63,079 bases of DNA, filler included, from Stramenopiles sp. TOSAG23-3 (GCA_900128585.1; 4 parts of 4 records of this genome joined end to end with filler, not necessarily neighbours in it); one strand, 5' to 3'; counted from the first letter of the whole stretch, positions 1-11,416 are shown. Translations and numbers: made by a program. Notes: generated by a model not told the origin, from the letters alone.

Positions 1-717
1 TTATTAGATTATTGATCGTTGAGATCGCATGCACCCCCCTTCCCCGTTCTTATACTGTAAGGTACTCTGTTGGCTATGATGGATGATAATTTTCTTTTTT
101 TTTTGATTGACATCTACTATCTGAGAACGAAGTGGCAACATAACAACAGCGTGATTGTATTTATTTTTTTAATGAATAAAATACTGAAATTCCTTATATT
201 CGTCCGCCTTATTAAATACATTCCATAGCATCTATATAGAGAGAGAACCAAGCGTTTAATTAAAAAAATTATTATTATTTTTGATTCATTTTTTTACTTT
301 TTTTGTGAGAGGAATAATGCTTCTTTACTGTGTACCTGGTATACTGTGTGCACTGCGAAGTCCATCTAATTAAATTTTATTCCTTCTATTTTATTCTATT
401 TACTTAAAGCTATAAACAGTCCCTTTGTATACATTAGAGTATACGAATTGTGGTACTTAATATACAATATATATATTATGATATGTTCCTTATATCCAGT
501 TTTTTGTATTTATTTCATCCTGGCCTTCTGATTGTTTTTGTTATAAAAGTTCTACCTATTTTTATATTATGGAAGTTTTATAAAAAACTATTAATTTTGT
601 ACATAAAAATGTGATGATATCGAAGTTAATCGTAAGAATATGACATGGCTGCTAAATTAAAAATATAAAAACTAAAACTGCCAAGAGGTATATATATGTA
701 AAAATTAAGCTTGCCAC

Positions 718-3700
718 CTAAAACCCAACGTTAACTATTGAGCCATCGCCACTTGCTCTTTTCTGGTAGTCTTCAGTGGTTGGGACTTGGTCCATATCGT
801 CGAGGGATGGTCTACCCAGTCCATTATGACTATGGCCATCTTCGGGCCCGCCGAGTTGCACGTCACTCCTTCGAAGTGGGGATTCTTTCTCCATCTTCGC
901 AGCTTCTGCAAGCTTCGCTTCTAACGCAATTCGCAACTCAGGGTTAGTTGCAGTCCGGAGACGCTCCTTAATACCCTCTATAGATCCCAAGTCGGATGCC
1001 GCGCCAGTCTGACTATCACTGGAAGCTTTCCCCGTAAGCGCCTTCATATTGTTACTGTCTTCTTTCTTTGCATCAGCAATTTCATTTTCTGCTTCCTGTT
1101 TCTCAGCTTTCAGCATTTCCGCGGAAGCACGGTTTTTCGCCATTTCAGCTTCGTACCTAGCTTTTGAAATCGCCTTCTTCTCTTCCTCGCTAACCTTGAC
1201 GGCTTTCTTGATATAAACTTCCTTTTCCGCAAGAACACGAGGGTCCGTGCTGTTTTCAAACCGTTTTGCCTCCTGAATGGCTTCATTCTTCTCCGCTTCC
1301 AATTCCTCCTCCTCGTGTTCACTCGCTTTCATCTTTAGAATATCTACCCTAGATCGATACACGGAGTTTGCAGCTTCTGTGTCGGTCTCGTTTTCCACAG
1401 CTTCAAAAAGTCTATTCTGTGCACTGTCAGATGCCAAGTATTGCTGGTACTTCTTCTGCTTCCTTTTACTATCTTCTTCCTGCCTCCTTTTATGATACTG
1501 TGCTATCGCACGCGTACGCTTGAACTTCTGTTCGTTCGCATGCATGATCCTCTGGTCATGTGCTTTCTGCAATCTCTTTGCCCGACGGTTTTCAATTGCT
1601 TGAAAGTCTGCCATGAACTTTTTCTGAGCTTCTTCAGCAGCCTTTCCCGTCGCAGACTCCTGAGAGCCCCCCATCTCTTTCAGTGCATTCTTGGTCGAGT
1701 TCAAGATTGCTTCTGCCTGTTTGGCATGGAAATTACACCCTGGGGTAGCACGGACGTCCGATCCATTCCCGATTATTTTGCACCCCCGGGCCAGTTCCAA
1801 CACCGCAGATAAAGGTTCCAACTGTTCAACGACGTCCCGTACACTAGGCCACTCCAACTTGCTCTTGTTCAGTCTCTCGTATTCTGTGTCAACCTCGTGC
1901 ATATTCCGCGTTGCATTCACTAATTGCTCGCGAGCGGAACGGATGATGTCAACATTAGTAACGTCCGAAAGATTCTGCTGGACATACTTGGCCGCACGCT
2001 CATACACGACCTTAGCTGCAGCTTCTTTCGCCTTCAACCCTGCCATCTGAAGCGTGTCGAACGCTTCAGCGTCAGCAATGGCGCTAAAGGATGCGACACG
2101 ATCGCCCAGGAGGCGGGCGTACGACATGCGGTCTTCAACGTGCTCTTTCAGGCCATTCCCACGAGCCGGGGCGGGCTTTCCAAACAACAATTTCAAATTG
2201 CTCAATGATAGTTTTCCAACAGCCCATTCGTCTCCGACAAGAGCCTTTTGGTCAGCAACCAAGGACACCACTATCTTGGTTCCATCAACGCCGAACCGTT
2301 GGACCTTTCCTTTGAAGTCTTGTACAAACGGGCAAGTGGTGTTATCCAAACACGAAATTATGGACGCACGATACTGCCGTACCTCAACTCTGCTTTTTGT
2401 CACAACCTTGAAGTCGATTGGGAGAATGCCTACATTGCTCTGCGTGTCGCATTGAGGCTTCAGTGCAATGTTGTTTCTGCTCGTCCTAATGTAGTCGGCC
2501 AGAACATTACCAAGAAGCCCTTCGAACTCATCGGTCCAATCATGACACACGATACCAGTAATTTCTAAGGTCCCAGAGAAAACGTTCTTGTCATTAGACG
2601 TGCTATCAGCTAACTTTGAAAATCTAGCCAGGGCATCGACGCCGTTGTGCTTCAGCACCTCTTGGTCCGAAAGCGGAGGGTGCTGAGGTGGGGCGAGTCC
2701 TAATTCTACTGCCCGCTTGTCAGCTTCCTCTTCCACCATTTGCAACTTCGTCATTGCATCCGTTCCGTTCTGGGCGGGGGTTTCTGGGGCTGTACCATTT
2801 TGGGTAGAGTTTGCAGGAGCTGTCCCGTTGGCCAGTGGGTCAAGCAACTGCTGGTTTTTCGGGGTCAGGCCAGTCTCCTTTTTCATACGGGCAACGATTT
2901 GTTTCAAAAACTTCTGGTGGAGTGACTTTTTCATCACAATATCTGCAGCGGTCGGTTTGTTCCCACTGGATCGGCGCGCCTCCATCCGAGCGACCGCTTG
3001 GTCTGCTTCTGTGGCACGCTGGGCGGCGAGAGAAATTTGCTCTGGGGTACCATTTTGCAGGACCGTTTCCAAAACTTTGTGCGCCTTTGCAGCAGTTTCA
3101 ACAGCGTTGGCCCCTGCCAGTTTGTCGGCCATCATAGCTTGCTCGGCTGCAAGCGCAGCTTCTTTTTTGGCGCGTGCCAACATTTTCGCATCGCCACTCT
3201 CTTCCCCTACCTTTTCCATGGTGGTTGCGACGGCGTCTGTCGCTGCCGCCTTCTCTCGACGAGCAGCATCGACGTCTGCGGTGCCCCCTGCTGCAACCTT
3301 GATTTCTGCGGCGCGTACGGCAGCGTCGGCGTTCTTTTCGCGGCTTTCAGCGCGCATTTCGTCCAAACTGAGGCTTGCCTTCTTGGCCGCTTTCTCGTAC
3401 GCCGCCCGCTGCTCCGGCATGGCGTCGGCAAGTTTCTGTTCGGAAACTGCTAAATTCTCTTGCCCTCGTGCAACCTTCACTTCCATCGCAGCTTTCGCTT
3501 TCTCTGCCGCGGACGAGTTCGACATCTTGCTCTTTTCCAGCTTTGCCTTTGCTTCTGCGATTGCGATTCTGCCGTTCTCGACAGCAAAGGCAGCTTTGGT
3601 TTTGTTGGACGGCCTGCCCGTGGACATTTTGGCCTCAAGGGCAACCTTTTTCTCGTTCGCTTCCGCAAGCTCCGCTTCAGCGCGAGACAGTCGTACTTCT

Positions 3701-5418
3701 TCCTGCAGCGTTGCCGAGGAGCTGTTCATACCTGCTCCAGTTTCGTTCGGCAAAGCCTTGGCGCTGTCTACGACATCTGCCGCGATGCTTTGGGTGAGCG
3801 TCTTCGGAACCTTCTTGTGCGCCACCGTCGGCAGCTTCCCCGCTTTCTCGGCGCTGAGTGCGGCAGTTACTTTCAGCTTGGTCGCTTCGTCTGCTTTTGA
3901 GATAGCCTGCTCCGAGACCGCTTCGGACTCACGAATGGCCGCTTGCGCCCTTGACTCTGCGCTTTCGTAGTCCTTCTTAGCTTGGTCACATGCAGCTTTG
4001 TCTTCTGGAGCATTCGTGCTGGCGGCACGGTCGCACAGTTGCTGGGTCGAAACGTACAGTTTGGACTTCTTCGTTTCTGCCGCGTCGGCGTTGGCCTCGG
4101 CGGCTGCCTGGACCTGCTCCACGGCGCGCTGGTCTTTCCCCGCAAGTTCTGCCCGTGCTTCGGATTGCACGGCAACCTTTTTCGCCGCGTCCAACTCCGC
4201 TTTCGCCTTGATGACTTCCTTCGTTTTCGTCGCGGACGTGTCCTTTTCTGCTACGTCGAGCTGTTTCTGAGCCGAGCGCACGTGCTCTTCTGCCGCCACG
4301 GCCTCCTTCGCCTCGAGCGAAGGCTTCGCATTCGTGGCGTTGTGCGCGTCGATCTTCTCTAAAATTTCGGACGCCGCTTGCTCTTCTTGCGCAGAAACCT
4401 TCCCCGCGTTCTCCACGATCTTTTTCTCGCACACACTGCACTGGCCCTGGACCTCTGGGTTGTGCGGGTGCGTGTGGGTTCGAAAATAGTTCGGTGCGCC
4501 ACCTTCTGGGTGAGAGCACCACCCTGAGGCACACTTGGCATTCAACGGAGATTCCCCGTCCACGTCCTCGTGGCAGGTGGCCGACCCCGCGCACCACCCG
4601 CAAAATTTGTCGGCCAGGCAAGACCGGCAATTGCTATACGTCGAGCATGGGGCTGCAGGGCAGCTCCCGTACACCCAAAACTGGGCAACCACTTGCTTGT
4701 TCGTCAAGTCCTCTAATTTTAGCCTCAGGCTCCTTCTGCTTGGGCCAACGTGGTTGCCGGCCAAACAGAGGCGCAAGTTGCTCATGAACCCGCACCCTGG
4801 CGCCGCGGTGCACACGGCACAGTCGTGCGTCACCGGGCAGGAGTTGTTTGCGTTGGGCGTGTCAAACGATGGATGCCACGTGACGCCGGCAGGGAACTGC
4901 TGGGGCATCTTCAGCTGGGCCCGGACCTGTTCCCGAAGGGCCGCTATGCCAGCACTAGTCGGGACAATACGCCTACGGGTCAACTCCCTGGACAGTTCTT
5001 TGGCCGACATGTCCACGATCTCCTTCTCAAAAAAATCCCGGAGCGTCTTGACGTACAAGTCCTTCGACTCTTTCCCCTCCTCCGCACTAACCGCAAGAAA
5101 TCTCTTTTCTGTCTCTAATTTAAGCTGCGCCTCGCCGAGTCGCATAAGCTCTTTCCCAGACAGCAACGGGTTCGCAAGGCGAACGGACCTTTTCAAGTCC
5201 TCGGCGTAACTACTACCGGTGCCCCCGCTTTCACTACTGCCCGTTGCCCCCGTGGCACCGGACGCGGAGCCCGTGGATGACACGCCAAATTCCCCTCCTA
5301 GTCCTGTCATGTCAAGGGGATCGGCCCTGGCACCAAGCCGGATTGCTTGGCACGGCACAAACGGGTGCCATACAAACAACACGCAAACAATAAACAGCCG
5401 AACGAGCTGCGGCATCAT
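718..5418 (-). CDS. Large secreted/surface protein: signal peptide, Gly/Ser/Thr linker, PSI (plexin-type) Cys repeats, long Ala/Glu/Lys coiled coils
   Basis: First ATG at 5418 (MMPQLVRLFIVCVLFVWHPFVPCQA, signal-peptide-like). PSI-like motifs CAVCTAAPGCGF and CSTYSNCRSCLADKFCGWCAGSATC. Extensive heptad-like AEK-rich helices. Confidence 0.75.
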   Translation of the reverse strand: MMPQLVRLFIVCVLFVWHPFVPCQAIRLGARADPLDMTGLGGEFGVSSTGSASGATGATGSSESGGTGSSYAEDLKRSVRLANPLLSGKELMRLGEAQLKLETEKRFLAVSAEEGKESKDLYVKTLRDFFEKEIVDMSAKELSRELTRRRIVPTSAGIAALREQVRAQLKMPQQFPAGVTWHPSFDTPNANNSCPVTHDCAVCTAAPGCGFMSNLRLCLAGNHVGPSRRSLRLKLEDLTNKQVVAQFWVYGSCPAAPCSTYSNCRSCLADKFCGWCAGSATCHEDVDGESPLNAKCASGWCSHPEGGAPNYFRTHTHPHNPEVQGQCSVCEKKIVENAGKVSAQEEQAASEILEKIDAHNATNAKPSLEAKEAVAAEEHVRSAQKQLDVAEKDTSATKTKEVIKAKAELDAAKKVAVQSEARAELAGKDQRAVEQVQAAAEANADAAETKKSKLYVSTQQLCDRAASTNAPEDKAACDQAKKDYESAESRAQAAIRESEAVSEQAISKADEATKLKVTAALSAEKAGKLPTVAHKKVPKTLTQSIAADVVDSAKALPNETGAGMNSSSATLQEEVRLSRAEAELAEANEKKVALEAKMSTGRPSNKTKAAFAVENGRIAIAEAKAKLEKSKMSNSSAAEKAKAAMEVKVARGQENLAVSEQKLADAMPEQRAAYEKAAKKASLSLDEMRAESREKNADAAVRAAEIKVAAGGTADVDAARREKAAATDAVATTMEKVGEESGDAKMLARAKKEAALAAEQAMMADKLAGANAVETAAKAHKVLETVLQNGTPEQISLAAQRATEADQAVARMEARRSSGNKPTAADIVMKKSLHQKFLKQIVARMKKETGLTPKNQQLLDPLANGTAPANSTQNGTAPETPAQNGTDAMTKLQMVEEEADKRAVELGLAPPQHPPLSDQEVLKHNGVDALARFSKLADSTSNDKNVFSGTLEITGIVCHDWTDEFEGLLGNVLADYIRTSRNNIALKPQCDTQSNVGILPIDFKVVTKSRVEVRQYRASIISCLDNTTCPFVQDFKGKVQRFGVDGTKIVVSLVADQKALVGDEWAVGKLSLSNLKLLFGKPAPARGNGLKEHVEDRMSYARLLGDRVASFSAIADAEAFDTLQMAGLKAKEAAAKVVYERAAKYVQQNLSDVTNVDIIRSAREQLVNATRNMHEVDTEYERLNKSKLEWPSVRDVVEQLEPLSAVLELARGCKIIGNGSDVRATPGCNFHAKQAEAILNSTKNALKEMGGSQESATGKAAEEAQKKFMADFQAIENRRAKRLQKAHDQRIMHANEQKFKRTRAIAQYHKRRQEEDSKRKQKKYQQYLASDSAQNRLFEAVENETDTEAANSVYRSRVDILKMKASEHEEEELEAEKNEAIQEAKRFENSTDPRVLAEKEVYIKKAVKVSEEEKKAISKARYEAEMAKNRASAEMLKAEKQEAENEIADAKKEDSNNMKALTGKASSDSQTGAASDLGSIEGIKERLRTATNPELRIALEAKLAEAAKMEKESPLRRSDVQLGGPEDGHSHNGLGRPSLDDMDQVPTTEDYQKRASGDGSIVNVGF

Positions 5419-5961
5419 CTCACGTGCTTGTGCTGGATAAAGTAATAAGAACCTTTTCGTTACAACACAACAAAACACACAGGAAATTACTTACTATTCC
5501 TAGAGACTAACACAATACACAAGAAAACACACACGCAGAAAGTGGTACACACACCGCGCAAACCATACCTTTCAACGTATCTCTCCACCAACTCAACTCA
5601 ACCTTCACTGAACTACAATCTCAACTCGAGTTAAAGTTAAATAACCTTCAAGAGTCTTCAAAAGGAAAAAAGGGATTTCCATTCATTGTACTTCTATTAT
5701 AAACGTAGTATACTAATTATAAAACCCTATTCAGAAGAAAGAAAGAGTATTCAGAATATTCCTAAATTATATAGAAAGACTATTTATTAAGTGTACTATC
5801 TGTTCGTATATAAATTATAATAAGTTAGTACATGTATGCTATTCTGATGCTATGTATATTAACTTTTATGATATTATTTCCTATATAATTGGTTAATATA
5901 AGTATGAAATGGTAAATCTTAACTTAATAAAGGAGTATACTATGAGTTTATTAATTGAACA

Positions 5962-6001
5962 ATGGAATAGATGGAATAGAGAGATGGAATAGATGGAATA
6001 G
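5962..6001. repeat. Short tandem repeat, about 4 x ATGGAATAG
   Basis: Sequence reads atggaatag atggaataga gag atggaatag atggaatag. Confidence 0.8.
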
Positions 6002-6269
6002 CACCCCCCCCTTTCTTTTTATTCCTTGGATAAAGAAAGAGAACGTCCGTTCGTCGTTCATTCATTCCTTTTTGTTTTCTTTTTGTTTTTTTAATCGATT
6101 CAATGGTATTTGTATGTTAATATATGGTAATCTATCGTATTTATATGCTATACTATTTTATCATATGGTATTTATATGTTATTCTATCCCCCCCCCTTTT
6201 TTTTTCTTATTTATTGAAAAAGGAGGTCTTCAGTCCTTCCTCATTTTCCTTTTTTTATCGATTAGAAAC

Positions 6270-6476
6270 TATAGTTCTTTTCTGTACTTGAAAACATAGT
6301 AGACTATATAATATAATAGGGAAAAAAAGAAAAAAGGATATAGTTCTGTTTCTGTACTTTAAATCATAATAGACTACATAGTATAATAGGAAGAAAAAGA
6401 AGAAGAAGGATATAGTTCTATTACTATACTTTAAAGCATAGTAGACTACACAATATAATAGGAAGAAAAAGAAGGA
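6270..6476. repeat. Minisatellite, 3 diverged copies of a ~70-bp unit
   Basis: Units begin TATAGTTCT at 6270, 6339 and 6411. Each continues ...TACTT.AAA.CATA.TAGACTA.A...TATAATAGG followed by a purine run. Confidence 0.85.
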
Positions 6477-6595
6477 TTTTAGGAAAAGGAAGGAAACAAG
6501 AGAAAAGGGGGGGGGGTCCTAGATTACATAAACACAGCACAGAATAGTCAGAGACATGAATATAGTGTTTATTATTAGGGTTAGTGTGGGAGAGT

Positions 6596-6730
6596 TAAGA
6601 AAGAAGGGAAGGAAGGAAGGAAGGAAGGGAAGAAGGAAAGAAGAAAGGAAGGAAAGGAAAGGAAAGGAAAGAAAAAAAGAAAGAAAAAAAGAAAGAAAGA
6701 AAGAAAGAAAGGAAAGAAGAAGAAGAAGGA
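6596..6730. repeat. Polypurine microsatellite (GAAG/GAAA)n
   Basis: Essentially pure A/G tract upstream of the EGF-repeat gene. Confidence 0.9.
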
Positions 6731-6969
6731 TTGTCTTGTTGAATATAATAAATATAGAATTACTAGAGTCCATGATGGTATGATACGATTAACAATTTTA
6801 CTTTACTTCGGTCGATCGGTCGGTTAACTTTATATAAGTGTGCGTTTGGGGAATTCTTTCATTTCTTTCAGCAAATTCTTTCCCAAGCTTGTACGTTTTC
6901 AAAGTTTGTTTTCCCGCACTGCTACATACATCTAGCGCGTTTAAACCTAGAGTTTCTTTCTTTGTTAAC

Positions 6970-9807
6970 ATGCAGAAAATAACGTTGGTCGTGGTGCTTC
7001 TCGTTGCCGTCTCTTCCCAGTTTGCATACGGCGAGACTCGGCTCGGCGTCTCGGCCTTCGCTGCGACAGGGCTTTCCGATGGCGGCGTTACGGGGATGGA
7101 GGCACCGAGCGCTACGGGTTCCATCGCAAACGTCACGGGCGTGGTCTCCGATGTACCAGAGTGTCCGGCGCCCAACTGCTCTTCCCATGGGGTCTGCGAC
7201 CACGCCACGGGAACGTGCGTGTGCCGAGTAGGGTTCTTTGGAAAGGGGTGCGAGCGCATTTTGACCCGTGACTGCGAGAACGGGTGTTCTGGGCACGGGC
7301 GGTGCCTCCAAGGTGAGGGCGACACGAAAGGCCAGTGCAGGTGCTTCGGCGGCTACTCCGGGGACGACTGCGCGAAAGGACGGTGCCTGAACGATTGCAG
7401 CGGTCACGGGGACTGCCTCCAGAAGCCGGACCTATACTGCTCGTGCAATTTTGGTTACGTTGGGGCCGACTGCTCCCGAAAGGTGTGCCCGAACGACTGC
7501 AGCGGGCACGGGTACTGCAACGATGGCATATGCACCTGCCTCGGGGGGTACTCCGGGTACGACTGCGCCGAGGGGGCGTGCCCGTCGAACTGCCACGGAA
7601 ACGGGGTGTGCGTCCACAAGAAGTGCGTCTGCGACGCGGGCTTCGGCGGGGTCGACTGTGCGGACGAGGTGTGCGGGCCAGACTGCCTCCACGGCGAGTG
7701 CGTCGACAACAAGTGCATCTGCTTCAAAGGGTTCGTGGGGAGAGACTGCGCGACAAAGACCTGCGGGGGGAAGATGGGGCCTGGATCCACCAGCGTCCTG
7801 CAATTTTGCAGCGGGCACGGGGTTTGCAGCGTTGACCACCAGTGCGAATGCAACGACGGGTTCGTGGGGCCGATATGCGAGCACAGAGCCTGCAAGAACA
7901 ACTGTTCTGACCATGGGTTGTGCCTCGGTGGGCAGTGCTTGTGCGACGACGGGTTTGCAGGCGCGTACTGCGGCCGCGCCCTTTGTAGCTCAGAGTGCGA
8001 CAAGCACGGCGAGTGCGTGCAGGGGAAGTGCGCGTGCGACCCGGGCTATTCGGGGGTCAACTGCGGCGTTGTTCAATGCCCTAAAAACTGCTCCAACCGC
8101 GGAACGTGCGGGATCGACGGGCGCTGCCTGTGCAACACGGGTTTTGGCGGGCTTGCGTGCGAAACGGCATTGTGCTGGAAGAACTGCAATGGCCACGGCC
8201 AATGCCAACGCCAGCAGGCTACCGGCGCGGGGAAATGCGTCTGCGACAACGGCTTTGCGGGCGACAACTGCAACATTCCGATCTGCCACACCAAGAAGTG
8301 CCAACACGGGTACTGCGTCGAAGGCGTGTGCTACTGCCAAAAGGGGTACACCGGGGATTCGTGCGAAGAAAAGCTCTGCCCAATGGCACAGAGCAATGGG
8401 GTTCCATGCGGGGGGAACGGCGCTTGCAAGAATGGCAAATGCGCGTGCACCGAAGGCTACTCGGGAGAGGACTGCACTTTGCTCACGAAGCAATGCCCGA
8501 AGGGCTGCAGCAAGAACGGGGTGTGCTCCCCACGCGGCTGCGTCTGCTTCCCTGGGTACCGAGGAACGGCGTGTCAAATCGTAGGTTGCAAAAACAACTG
8601 CACCGAGCACGGCTCGTGCTTGCACTCTGGCTCCTGTGTCTGCGACAAGGGGTACGCCGGCGCGGACTGCAACACAAGTTTTGTTTGCAAGCCAATGAAC
8701 TGTTCTGGGCACGGCCGATGCAGTGGTCCCATGCAGTGCCAGTGCGAGGAAGGCTGGACTGGCAACGATTGCGCGACGAGCTTGTGTGGCGACTCGTGCG
8801 ACCTGGAACATGGAACGTGCAAAAAGAACCGTTTGTGCGCGTGCAAGCCGGGTTGGGGCGGCCCAGACTGCTCGTGCCGTAATAGTAAAGAAGTTGGCGT
8901 CTGCAGCGGGCGCGGTATGTGCGCCAAGGGCGAGTGCTTCTGCGATGCAACGTTAGGTTACGGCGGAAAAGAGTGCAACGAACCCCTATGTAAAAACATG
9001 TGCTCAGGTCATGGGGAATGCCTCGGAAACCGTGAGTGCGACTGCGAGGAGGGTTGGGGTGGCACGGACTGTAGCGACCGTGCGTGCCCCGCAAACTGCT
9101 CCGACCATGGCGTATGCGCCCCCGGCGGTTATTGCGTGTGTTTAGGCGGTTTCTCCGGGCTTGCGTGCGAAAAGAGGGTCTGCGAGAATGAATGCAACGG
9201 CCGTGGCGAATGCAACAATGGCACATGCTTTTGCCAAGCTGGCTTCACAGGCGTGGACTGCAGCATCGTGGTGTGCCCGAACGACTGTAGTTCGCGTGGG
9301 AGGTGCGTGAACGGCACGTGCCTATGTTCGGAGCGGTGGCTGGGTGGCGACTGTTCTGTGAAGGACTGTGTGCACGGGAAGTTTGATGGTAGGAGAAAGC
9401 AATGCGTTTGCGAAAGTGGGTGGGAAGGGGAGTGGTGCGATAAAAACGACACTGCAGCGGCATGTGGCGGCTGCAATGGGCATGGAACCTGCAACGTAGA
9501 TTCCGGTCTGTGCAATTGCCTTGATGGTTACACGGGCGCCCTTTGCGGGATCGTAGTTTGCCCCAATAGTTGCTCCGGGCATGGTACGTGTGGCAGCTAT
9601 GGCTGTCGATGCGAAGAGCGATGGGCCGGGATCGTTTGTGATGCGCCAATTTTAGAGGATCCAGTCATTGGGTTAAACTCGGTTCAACAGCACGATAATT
9701 TTTTGCGGAGAAAACAAAATTTTAACGAAACTAGAAGCATAGACAGATTAGTTCATGGGCCAAGTGTAGGAAAGGAAGAATCCTCAACGTTGTTGCAGAA
9801 AAATTAA
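6970..9807 (+). CDS. Secreted tenascin-type EGF-repeat protein (~25 repeats)
   Basis: ATG 6970 with signal peptide MQKITLVVVLLVAVSSQFAYG. About 25 units of C..C.GHG.C...C.C..G(F/Y/W).G..C counted by eye. No TM anchor at the C-terminus. Confidence 0.9.
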   Translation: MQKITLVVVLLVAVSSQFAYGETRLGVSAFAATGLSDGGVTGMEAPSATGSIANVTGVVSDVPECPAPNCSSHGVCDHATGTCVCRVGFFGKGCERILTRDCENGCSGHGRCLQGEGDTKGQCRCFGGYSGDDCAKGRCLNDCSGHGDCLQKPDLYCSCNFGYVGADCSRKVCPNDCSGHGYCNDGICTCLGGYSGYDCAEGACPSNCHGNGVCVHKKCVCDAGFGGVDCADEVCGPDCLHGECVDNKCICFKGFVGRDCATKTCGGKMGPGSTSVLQFCSGHGVCSVDHQCECNDGFVGPICEHRACKNNCSDHGLCLGGQCLCDDGFAGAYCGRALCSSECDKHGECVQGKCACDPGYSGVNCGVVQCPKNCSNRGTCGIDGRCLCNTGFGGLACETALCWKNCNGHGQCQRQQATGAGKCVCDNGFAGDNCNIPICHTKKCQHGYCVEGVCYCQKGYTGDSCEEKLCPMAQSNGVPCGGNGACKNGKCACTEGYSGEDCTLLTKQCPKGCSKNGVCSPRGCVCFPGYRGTACQIVGCKNNCTEHGSCLHSGSCVCDKGYAGADCNTSFVCKPMNCSGHGRCSGPMQCQCEEGWTGNDCATSLCGDSCDLEHGTCKKNRLCACKPGWGGPDCSCRNSKEVGVCSGRGMCAKGECFCDATLGYGGKECNEPLCKNMCSGHGECLGNRECDCEEGWGGTDCSDRACPANCSDHGVCAPGGYCVCLGGFSGLACEKRVCENECNGRGECNNGTCFCQAGFTGVDCSIVVCPNDCSSRGRCVNGTCLCSERWLGGDCSVKDCVHGKFDGRRKQCVCESGWEGEWCDKNDTAAACGGCNGHGTCNVDSGLCNCLDGYTGALCGIVVCPNSCSGHGTCGSYGCRCEERWAGIVCDAPILEDPVIGLNSVQQHDNFLRRKQNFNETRSIDRLVHGPSVGKEESSTLLQKN

Positions 9808-10021
9808 GTATGGGACGCGTTGACTTTTAAACCCCAAGCTTTAATTCACAAGAAATTAAAAAAATCATATTGCATACATATTATAACACATAAATTATTT
9901 CTACAAATTGTGTATGAATCTACACCTTTCTCTCTTCTTTGTTGTTTGTCCTCTGACGTTCTTGCTTCCTGTGCGACTGTTGAACGCTTGAGTTGCGGTG
10001 TGTTTTCCCTGTTTTCCAAGT

Positions 10022-11416
10022 TCAATTTAAATAATTACCAGCCGCGATTATTTTGCTTTTTAGATTTAAAGTTTGGAATTCAGCCTTATCATCATTTTGC
10101 ATCGAGCAAAATCGTTCGTGCTGAGTTCTCGCCCGTTCATTTAAAAAACATTTGCTGCAAAACCGACATTGTAGGCCCAGCTTATCAGGTTCTCGTAGTG
10201 GTGCCAAATTTAAAATGTGGTGACGGTACGAGCCCTTGTAGTCCATTCCACAAACATCGCATCTTTTTCGTGGAGAAGAGGCTGCACGTTGCTCCTTGTT
10301 AACGAAGTCACCACTGTTTTTCTCGTCAATGTTATTGCATTCCTGATCACTATGTTTCGCTACATTGTGCTGGTATAACCCATCAGCAGTCGTAAACGTC
10401 CTGCCAGGGCACTTTATGCACTCCCACTTCTTCGTGCGATCAAAAAGGTTCAGAGTATGAACCATGTGCCTGTGGGTCTTAATCCCCTGTGCCGATAAAA
10501 ATGATTTATCACATTCTTTGCAGTAAAACTCGCCAGTTTTGGAAATCGCCTTTACGGCAGGCTTTGGCGCGCGTTTAACGCTAGGTTTGGGCAACGCAGT
10601 GGGAGAAAGTTTTCGCTTCTGGCCGGGCATAATATTTAACTCCGCCTTTTCGCCCTCTCGAAGTATTGAAAAACAATACATAAAGCTCTTTAATGTCGAA
10701 TTATTATTCTTCTTGGTGATAGTGCTCTTGAAGGATTTCCCATTCCGTGTGCGTTTCACATCATAACTGCTCGTAGAGAAAGGCAAAACATATTTACACT
10801 TAAACCCTCTACGCCGTGCCCGATCAATAATTTGCCATCTTTCACCTTGCCCATCAAGAAGCGATACATACACCTTCCCATAGAATGCACCAGTTTCTAC
10901 GTGCCGCTTACAGCTGTGAAAAAAATGTGAGAGTAACATTTGATGGGTTTTCAAGTTTTCTATACCCAAGTGTGGGTGGTTAAAAATGATGTGACTGAAC
11001 TTGCCCATAGAACGTGGAATGGCCGTCGCATTTATGTTGTGCATGATTTGAAGGCAGTCATTGCCTCGCTTAATATACAATGCCATTCGGTCAAGAATAT
11101 TTTTCGCTTCTGGGTATTTCTGGAGGAGGGAGTCTCTGGAGTCGTACGTGGTAGCAACTATTTTTGGACCAACGGGCAGCTTTGAAGTGAGCAACTTCGC
11201 TGCCCCCAACGAAAACGACAAGTTGCCATCTCCTAAAATCAATATTCTACGGGGGCAAGGCGAGTCATACCACATAAAATTGAAATTATATATTGCCACT
11301 CTGAAAGCACGACAAGCTGCAGCCACACACGCTTTCGTGCCCGAGTCTAGAAAGGACAACGAGCATAATATCGGAAGAAGAGGCCGCCCAGGATCGGGCA
11401 CTGCGGCCATTGCCAT
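10022..11416 (-). CDS. DUF2431 (BMT5-like 25S rRNA uridine-N3 methyltransferase domain) protein with C-terminal C2H2 zinc fingers
   Basis: Motifs ILILGDGNLSFS, IVATTYDS, INAT and IIFNHPHLG...LLSHFFHSC. Zinc fingers CKECDKSFLSAQGIKTHRHMVH, CIKC...QHNVAKH and CRFCSKCF...QHERFC. First ATG at 11416. Confidence 0.85.
   Translation of the reverse strand: MAMAAVPDPGRPLLPILCSLSFLDSGTKACVAAACRAFRVAIYNFNFMWYDSPCPRRILILGDGNLSFSLGAAKLLTSKLPVGPKIVATTYDSRDSLLQKYPEAKNILDRMALYIKRGNDCLQIMHNINATAIPRSMGKFSHIIFNHPHLGIENLKTHQMLLSHFFHSCKRHVETGAFYGKVYVSLLDGQGERWQIIDRARRRGFKCKYVLPFSTSSYDVKRTRNGKSFKSTITKKNNNSTLKSFMYCFSILREGEKAELNIMPGQKRKLSPTALPKPSVKRAPKPAVKAISKTGEFYCKECDKSFLSAQGIKTHRHMVHTLNLFDRTKKWECIKCPGRTFTTADGLYQHNVAKHSDQECNNIDEKNSGDFVNKEQRAASSPRKRCDVCGMDYKGSYRHHILNLAPLREPDKLGLQCRFCSKCFLNERARTQHERFCSMQNDDKAEFQTLNLKSKIIAAGNYLN

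Noticed and set aside
6270-6476. CRISPR-like array
   Set aside because: Whole units are similar with no unique spacers, there are no cas genes, and the context is eukaryotic.
2717-9649. Long antisense or alternate-frame ORFs overlapping the coiled-coil and EGF genes
   Set aside because: Expected shadows of GC-rich, repetitive codon usage, with no independent motifs.
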